From assembly GCA_026936335.1 (NCBI GenBank), contig JAPMXV010000075.1, positions 1 to 64,000 on the forward strand: 64,000 nt of DNA, written 5' to 3'. Each line of letters opens with the position of its first letter. Position 1 is the first letter of the stretch. This stretch comes from Mantamonas sphyraenae STR306 (Eukaryota > Protista > CRuMs). A program made the position numbers and the translations under genes. Below are positions 54,120-64,000 of the stretch, in pieces. The notes under the pieces were generated by a model that was not told where the DNA came from, searched no databases, and saw only the letters and a program-made list of their open reading frames with translations.

Positions 54120-57100
54120 ATGGACGAAGAAGACGTGTTCGACCTGTCCAGCAAGGAGCGCAAGCGGCTGAAGAAGGAGAAGAAGAAGGCGAAGAAGGCA
54201 AAGGCCAAGGCACGCTCCAAAGCCAAGAAGCGAGGCGAATCCGTCGTGCAGATCCAACGCGTGGCTGAGGGCGATCTGAGGGGCAAACAGTCCTTTATGG
54301 AGGCACTGGCGTATGGAGAGGAGAGTCAGGAAGGCAATGGGATGGAAGAGGAGGACACGGGGGACCTCTTCTACGAAGACCGGACCGGGGGACACATGCA
54401 CGTGCAGCGGCATGATTCCGCGGCGTCGCCGTATGCCAACGAGGCAGCGATGTACGACCAGGACATGGCATACGAGTATGCAGAGCCGCAGCGACGGGAA
54501 CGACCCAAGAGGGAGCATACCAAGGCGAGCAAGGTGCAGAAGAAGCGAAAGAAGAAGAACAAGGCCCTGGCTCGCTTCCACGACTTTGGCAGCGTGGCAC
54601 AGGACACGCGCGAGTACTTTGCACACGTGCAACACATGTTGGAAAACCATGAGTTTGAGGACCAGGACGATGTGGCCATGTTTCTGGAGAGCAGTTTCCA
54701 GGAAGTGATTCATCGTCCACTGGCCCTTGCTGCGGATGCACACTGTTCACGGGTGCTCGAGGACATCCTCAAGTTTGCCACTCCCATCCAACTGCGTTCC
54801 CTCATGGCTGCCTTTCGCACCCACTTTCGTGCGCTCAGCACACACATGTATGCCTCCCACGTCCTGGAAACCCTCCTCATGGTCTCTCTCCGCGTCGTAC
54901 ACAACGAAGACGAGCGCGACCTGGCCGACGACGACGCCGCACAAGCCAAGATCCATCGCAATGATGGCAATGCAATGGCAATGGCAATGATGATGATGAT
55001 GATGACGATGATGAGGCTGTGAGGAGTGCGCCTCCGCCGCCGCCGATGATGATCCGCTTGGTGTTGGACATGTGTGCAGAATTGCAACCGCACTGGTTGA
55101 CACTCATCACCAACGAGTATGCGTCGCATGTGATGAGCAGTCTCATCCGAGTGTTGAGTGGGTCGGATCAGGACGATGTAGCAGACACAAAGGTGGGCAA
55201 GAAAGCGAGCAAGCTGACAGGCACTGGGGCAAGCATGGGTGCCACAACCGCCGCCACCACATCCTCCTCATCTTCATCATCATCGTCATCGTCATCGTCA
55301 TCCTCCGCAGCAGCAGCAGCACGGGGCAAGAAGAAAAGGTCGAAGCGACGTGTGTTTCAGGTTCCGGATGCGTTTGGGGACGCGTTGAACGCGCTGCTGA
55401 CGGCTGTGTTGGAACGAGCGAACGAGGGTCGCCTGGCACAGCTGTGTTTCCACGCCAGTGCCTCGCCTGTGTTGCAGGTGATGCTTCAGTATGCACGGTA
55501 CGACGTGTCCCTTGTGGAGGCGTTGACGGTGCAGTTGCTGGGCATGGGTGATGCGGACGAGTTGACAGCCACGGGCAAGGAGGACGAACGTGTGCATGCA
55601 CACGTGGACGCCCTGTTGCACGATCCCAGCGGAAGCCGGGTCTTGGAAAAGCTGCTGCAGGTGGGGCCCGACAGCCTGTTCACCTACCTGTACCAGTGCC
55701 ACCTGCGCAAACACCTGTTTGTGTTGTGCAGCGACAAGAATGGCAACTTTGTGGTGCAACAATTCCTGGAGCATTGTCGCCACGAGGCACCCATGCACGG
55801 GGCTCTGGAGGAACTGGGCGATCTCTTGCCCGCCCTGGTCAACGCAGGACGACAGGGGGTCGTCCTCAAAGTCGTTCAGGTGGCCGCACGATGGGCCATC
55901 TCCCAACAGGCCGTCTTTGCTAACCTCCAGGCATGTCTCAAGACGGACAACAGCACCGCGCAACGCGAACTCTTTGTCCGTCGCGTCCTCTCCATGAGTG
56001 CACGCGGCACCTCCTTGTACCCAGACACTCGCGTCGAGGACAATGGCGATGATGGTGATGACGGCAATGATAATGATGGTCATGATGATGACGGCAACAG
56101 CAGCAGCAGGAACAGCAGCCGGTATGCCACACCCCTGTATGCCACCCCCTTGGGTGCCCAACTCATGGCTGCCCTGCTGGAGTACCCCGAGGAGATTGTA
56201 CGTGGTGTGACAAAGGGCTTTGGCATGCTGGGTGCACCCACCTTTGCCAGCCTGGCAAGCAACAGCATCGGCAGCCATGTCATTGAGAACATCCTTGCCA
56301 GCGACCGCGTGCTTGCCAAACACAAACGCAACATGGCCGAGGCCCTTCGTGGCAAGTATGCCCACCTGGCGGCCGACAAGTATGCCAGCCATGTGGTGGA
56401 GCGCCTCTTTGCGCTGTGCGAACCTTCCACCCAGGAGGCCATCATGGTGGAGCTGCTGGAGGACGAGGAGCTCGTCAAGGCCACCCACCACGGCAAGCAG
56501 GTCCTGCGCAGACTCAACATGGACCGATTCAAGCGTGAACGTGCCGATTGGGTGGAGGAGAAGGAAAAGAAGGAACGTCGCCGAGAAATGTTTGCCGACG
56601 TCCTGGCACAGGGCAAGTCGGAGTTTGCCGGTCGAACCGAAGCCATTGCAGACATCATTGGCGCACCTGCGGCAGCAAAGAGGAAACGAGACGAGGAGGA
56701 AAGTGAGAGTGAAAGTGAGAGCGAGAGTGCGAGAGTGAGGGTGAGGACGATGGCCCCAAGCTCACAGGAAAGGCCAAGAAGAAGGCCAATCGACGCAAGA
56801 ACAAAAAGAGGAAGAAGGAAGCGGAGAAGAGGAAACGACGGGATGCCAACGACGAATCGCTGCACTCTGTGCTGGCGGCTGTGCGTGGAGCGGACAAGAA
56901 GAGCAAGAGCAAGAAGGAGAAGCAGAAGAAGCAGAAGCAGAAGAAGAACAAGGAAAGCAAGGCACAGAAGCACAATGGGAGCAACGACGACCAAGACGAA
57001 CAAACAGCAGCAGCAACCACAAAGAGCAAGAGGCAGAGTGTCGACAGCGACAGCGAGAGTGACAGCGATAGCGACAACGATAGCGACAGTGACACCGGTG

Positions 57101-57180
57101 GTGCCACCTCAATTCGACGAAGCAACAGGAGACAAGACTCGTGGGACAGTGCGTCTGAAAGCGAATCCGACACAGAGTGA
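54120..57180 (+). CDS. NOP9: Nucleolar protein 9 (Pumilio-like repeat)
   Basis: PUF-like repeats CSRVLEDIL, YASHVLETLL, ASASPVLQ, SGSRVLEKLL, NGNFVVQQFL, IGSHVIE, YASHVVERL; K/E-rich ends; frameshifts at ~54972 and ~56740. Confidence 0.88.
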
Positions 57181-57217
57181 ATCATTTTGCACAACATCCA
57201 TCCTCAGAGTACCTTCA

Positions 57218-59408
57218 TCAAGTTTCCTCTTGCTCCTCATCCCCGTCGTCATCGTCATCCTCTTCTTCCTCCTCTTCCTCCTCCACCGATGCCTCCACCA
57301 CCTGTGCGTCGCCATCCAGAGGCAATTGCCAGAGAGAGTCGTCGACGGCGCCATCGAGGAGCTGTCGAACGGCGGGAGCAACGAGGGCATTGACCTGTGC
57401 GGCTGTGTATGTGTGGGGCACCCTGTATGCAATGGAACGCACCATTTTCTGTGCATAGGTGCAGGGTTGGGGCTCGGCACCCATCTGTTGCACCGCCTGC
57501 ACGCTTGTGGTTTGCACCTGCATGCCACCACTCTCCAGGGCCTTCATCAACTTGTCGTGCTCGTTGTGATCCCCATGCGCAAGGGTGCCATACTCGTCGC
57601 CCTGCGCCAGCACAGTGCGTTTCACGGGGCTGCTGTTCAGCGTGCTGCTGCTGGCACCCAGCACGTCCGGTGAGCTTCGCCACACAGAGGCGTATGGAAT
57701 GGCCAGGTGGGTGTGTTGATCACGAGCCAATGCCAGCAGGGTTTCAGCCACGGCGTCGTCCAGGGGCATGCCGTCGCGTTCCACAACCACGGCGGGCATG
57801 CGGTGAGGAGCGTCACCCACCACACGTGGCACATGGAACCAATTGACCATGGATTGGCAGGTGCGCAGACGCAGGTCGTACGGCGTCACAATGGCCCCGA
57901 CAAAGGGTTCCACGTTGTACGTGTCGTCCTTAAACAGCGTTTGGTACCGCAGTTGGTTCGACACATCACGCACCGACGGGTCGGGTTCGAATCTCGGGTG
58001 CGAATGATACCATCCCACAACCTGCAACTGCTTGGCGGCAATCTTGTCACGCACCTCCACCTCACTCTCCGGATCCATCTCCACCGTCACTGTCGACTCC
58101 TCAATCGTGCCCTTGCACGGAAACGCCTCCTTGATGTACAGCCGCCCGTTCTTGTTGTCCCACACCCCACCCAGCAATCCAATGATTTCGATTTCCGTCA
58201 GATGTGCGTGAAAGTCCATCACCACCATTGCCTCCGCCTCCACATGCACACTGAACGGAGGCCGCCGGTACGATTGGCACGGGATCAGTGTCAACGCATC
58301 CCCTTCGTCCCCTGCGTCATGTCCCATCACCCGGTTCGCATTGTAGCTCATTCCCTGGCGCTTCGGCCGCGCTCGCTGATACTTGGTCCGTTCCGCAGGA
58401 CCGTTGCCAGCTCCCATTTTCTTTCCACCACCACCCAATTCATCCTCGTCCTCATCCTCATCCTCATCCTCATCCTCATCGTCATACAACCCTGCCTTGC
58501 GTCGCTTCTTGGCCAACGCCTCCATCTTGCGCTTGGCTGCCTTTGCCTTCTTTGCCAACGCTGCCTCTTCCCTCTGCTTCTCCTTCAGTTTCTTGGCCAC
58601 CTCCCGCTCCGCCGCCTTGCGTTCCTTCTCTGCCACCTTGCGTGCTCGATCAGCCTCTCGCTGTGCCTCATCCTTGCGAGGCTGCACCTTGACCGGCGGC
58701 AACGGCCCTTCACTCTCGTTCAGCTGCTTTGCCACGTCGTCTGGCCGATGCACCATCGCATACGTCCCATCCGGCTGCTTTCGCGCCAAATTTGCAGACT
58801 TCATGTACGGCAACGCCGTCTTGCTCAGCGGATTCAGAGGCTTCCCGCTCAAGCTGTACCCACAGCCCGTCTCACGCACCCGTTCGGGCAACAGCTGGTT
58901 GTCCCGGTACAGTTTGATAAAGTGCTTCTGTGCATGCGAGCGCAGTGACAGTTTGTTGCGTGTGCCCACGTGTGCCTGGAATTTGTCCCAGTCCCGGCCA
59001 TGCACCTCCAGCCCTTCCAGGAACCGCTCCTCTTCGTCCTCTGTCCACGGCCCTGTTGCATACTCCTGTTCCCCTTCGTCTTCCTGCTTCGTGTTGCGCT
59101 TCTTGCTTGCCGGCGGTGCCCCTGTTGAGTGTGTGCGTGTCCAGCGTGCATGTGAGTGTCCGCTCGTGTCAAAAAGTGCGCGCTTTTCCCGCGCAAATGC
59201 CCAGGATGCCCTTTGCTGCCATCGTACCTGTGTTTCCGCCACTGCTGCTGCTGCTACTGCTTGTGTCGGTGGCATTCTTTACGTCTCCACCACCCTCCGT
59301 GTCCATGGCATCATCCTGTGCCGTATCCAGGCGCAGTTCGAGGGCGCCGTCCTCATCACCGGTGTGATCATCCTCCCGCTTGCGCTTGTGCTGCTCCCCA
59401 TCCGACAT
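57218..59408 (-). CDS. MYSM1: MYSM1-like Myb (SHAQK) + MPN+/JAMM deubiquitinase
   Basis: WTEDEEERFLEGL...RSHAQKHF; MDFHAHL...EIIGLLGG...VVGWYHSHPRFEPDPSVRD JAMM motif; intron ~59227-59122 links the MSDGEQ first exon. Confidence 0.85.
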
Positions 59409-59530
59409 TTGCTGCTGTGCTGTGACGATGCTGGTGTTATGCTGCTTCACGCCTCCGTCCCTGGTGTTTACTTTTAGGTGCGTGTTGATGCGATGGCAGC
59501 ACAATTGTGTGCGTTCGGGCACCAACACCA

Positions 59531-61418
59531 ATGCGACCCGCTGCTGCTGCCCCCGTGCTATCCGCCACCACACTCTACGCACACCGAAACACCATTGTGG
59601 CGTCTTTTGTGGTGCTCCTCACCCTGGCCACTGTGTTCCTGACCCGAAGCTCCATGCACGCCGCGCACTCTGGAATCGACGCGGGAGTGCTGGACGACAG
59701 CAGCGCCTCCACGCTTGCCACACACCCATCGGACATGCACATCCCCCTACGCAGCACACCATACACCATGGGAGCACGGAAAGAGCTTTTTGTGGACACC
59801 CATCTGATCCACACCATGCACGGGGCGCGGTTGCGTCTGCACACACCCACACGTCGCGAGATTGTCCTCCGTGGAAATGACGTGCCGTGGGAAGGCTCAT
59901 CATCGGCTTACTTTACTGCCCTGCCACCCGACCAGGGCATCCACGCGCCCACACGGCTTATCTACAGAGGTAGGGGGCGAGACAGGCATGAGTTCTCGCC
60001 CAGGCTGCTGACACGCAGACGCACACACACTCGCCACACTCACTCCCACACCAACTGATTCCACTGACTGACTGAATGGGTGGCGGGGGGCAGGGTTTTG
60101 CGATCATGATGCAAGTGTGAACCAGGTGACGTGTGTGGCACAGTCCCACGACGGCGGGCTGTCGTTCACCCGTCCGCGTCTGGGACTGCACGCGTTTGGG
60201 GAACACCGGTCCACCAACATTGTGCTCAAGGGGGTGGACTCGCACAACTTTGCTCCTTGGTTGGATACGAATCCAGAGACGAGGCCGGAGGAGCGATACA
60301 AGGCTGTGGGTGGCCTTGATGTCACCGTGCCCGTGCTTGCGGAAGACCTCCATTCGTGGCGCGACGATCCACGCATCGACGAACTCATGCCGGGGAAGGA
60401 CTATCGATGGGGTTTGTATGTGTACGTTTCACCCGACGGTGTGCATTGGAAGCGCAAGTGGGATCGACCGGTGCTCACGGGTGAACCGTTGGATTCCCTC
60501 AACGTCTGCTTCTACGACGCAAACATCGACCGCTACCGCCTCTACACGCGTCACTGGCGCATGTGTGACGAACATGAGGATGCATACGGCCCAGGTGGGA
60601 TTTGCCATGGGTATCGACGACGCGGGGAGGAGGCGCTCTACCGCTCGTTGCGCATGCGTACATCGTCCGATCTGTTGGAATGGTCGCCTCCAGAGGACAT
60701 TGAACACGCGTCGCAGCTCTACACCAACGCTGCCATGCCCTGTCCCGACGCAGAACACATCCTGTTGATGTTTCCCATGCGGTTTGTGCCGTATCGACGC
60801 GTGCTGTCTCGTGACGAGATGCCCGACCATGGCGTGTCCGATTCGGTGTTGATGACCTCTCGCGACGGCGTTCATTGGGCACAGACGTTTCAAGAGCCGT
60901 TTGTGGCGCCGAGTCACGACAGGCACAATTGGGGTCAACGAAGCAATCAGATCGCACACGGCATCTTGACTCAGCTGCCACGCAGGGTGCCGGGTCATTT
61001 GCAGGAAAACATCACTCATGGTGGCGACGACCATGTGTGGACCCTGTTCAACCTGGAACACTACCAGCTGCCGAGCATGTATTTGCGACGGATGACCATG
61101 CTGAAGCACCGATTTGGCAGCATCTACGCAGATGGCCGAGGCGGGGTCGTCACCACACAGCCATTCACATTCGTGGGTCGCCATCTGCACCTCAACTATG
61201 CCACGTCGGCTGCGGGTTCCCTCCAGGTGGAGCTGCTGAACGGGCAAACGGGCGAGCACGTGCCGGGCTTCACACGCAGCGCGTTTCCCACTCTCTTTGG
61301 CGATGCCGTCGACCATTGTGTGTGTTCTGTGGATCTCATCTCCCTCCAGGGCACCCCTGTGCTTCTTCGCTTCCACCTGATGGAGGCAGATGTATTTGCG
61401 TGGCACTTTTCATTGTGA
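59531..61418 (+). CDS. Membrane-anchored five-bladed beta-propeller glycoside-hydrolase-like protein of bacterial type
   Basis: N-terminal TM anchor; ELFVD...PWEG...RLIYRG...AQSHDGG.F.RP.LGL...YKAVGG...SPDGVHW...TSSDLLEW...TSRDGVHW Asp-box-like blades; C-terminal beta-sandwich (GxVTTQPFTF...LNYATSAAGSLQVEL); intron 59970-60093. Confidence 0.7.
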
Positions 61419-61428
61419 TCTGATCTGA

Positions 61429-63410
<1,982 letters not shown>

Positions 63411-63573
63411 GTTGGGATGTGTGCGGTCGCAGGTGTGTGGCTGCGCGGGCGGGGAGCCAGCCGCCCCAAACAAACCTCTCTCTCCGTTTCTGTGCTGTGT
63501 CAATTTGTACATTTAACACACACGCACACACCCACAAGCGCACATCACCTCGGGACGCAAGTCTGCAAAAAGC

Positions 63574-64000
63574 ATGCACAAAGACTCGCAGGTGGAGGAA
63601 CCCGAATCACCCGGGGAGGCCTGGCCGAGTTCACCTCGTTCCCGGCAGGAGAAGGAACGGAGAACAATAGGACACGCCCTACGCGACCTGGAGAGTGCCA
63701 GACAAAACACAAAAATCGTGGATGTGGAGCTGGTGAGTGTTGGGGGCCGGGCAGGGGTTCCTGGTGGAATTTCCCGATTTGGCTGACTGACACACACTTG
63801 CCCTTTTCGGGTGCGACGGACGCAGGCAGAGCAGCATGCGCTGAGCCAGATGTGCATCCGTTATGCACAGCGGTATGACGGCACACGCCAGCCGCTGCTA
63901 TACCCCGTGAACATGCCGTTTTGGAAGCTGGCGCGCTTCGGCGTGGGAGTGGGCATCTACTATCGCATTGTGATCTATTTCGGCGTCCTCTACGCCATTG
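63574..64000 (+). CDS. Partial gene, OSCA/TMEM63- or TMC-like membrane protein (runs off window)
   Basis: Exon 63574-63732, intron GTGAGT...CGCAG (63733-63825), then ...KLARFGVGVGIYYRIVIYFGVLYAI, resembling the FGxGxxxY(F) pre-TM motif of this superfamily. Confidence 0.45.

Noticed and set aside
44470-59408. Functional cluster of DNA-repair/ubiquitin genes (FAN1, USP37-like, MYSM1)
   Set aside because: They are interspersed with unrelated housekeeping genes (PAT1, NOP9); there is no evidence beyond proximity.

Overview
This is the left end of a compact, GC-rich eukaryotic (protist-like) chromosome. It has a (CCCTAA)n telomere at 1-167 followed by about 25 tightly packed genes with short GT-AG introns, often with a CTGAC branch-point motif. 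Directly against the telomere lie two genes (437-4040 and about 4513-13314) made of 4 + 16 copies of an unrecognised ~140-aa domain. Its core looks like a winged helix. Recently duplicated copies differ mostly in the putative recognition helix, and both proteins end in an NLS-like KRQR tail. This is the strongest candidate for an undescribed system. Further in are an IPT/TIG-Cys-rich multipass receptor, SND1, RPAP2, PFDN4, two PHO80-type cyclins with a possible relic third copy, and organellar RF1. Next is a tandem trio of gustatory-receptor-like (7TMIC) channels placed head-to-head with a tandem trio of F-box/multipass-membrane proteins. The rest comprises a DUF1748-like gene, an EF-hand/degenerate SH2 protein, FAN1, a USP37-like DUB with 6 UIMs, PAT1, NOP9, a MYSM1-like gene, a bacterial-type beta-propeller glycosidase, RIO2 and a partial OSCA/TMC-like gene. 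About 11 small frameshifts, mostly in homopolymers or microsatellites, interrupt otherwise intact genes and are most likely assembly errors. All calls come from reading motifs by eye; no database searches were run.
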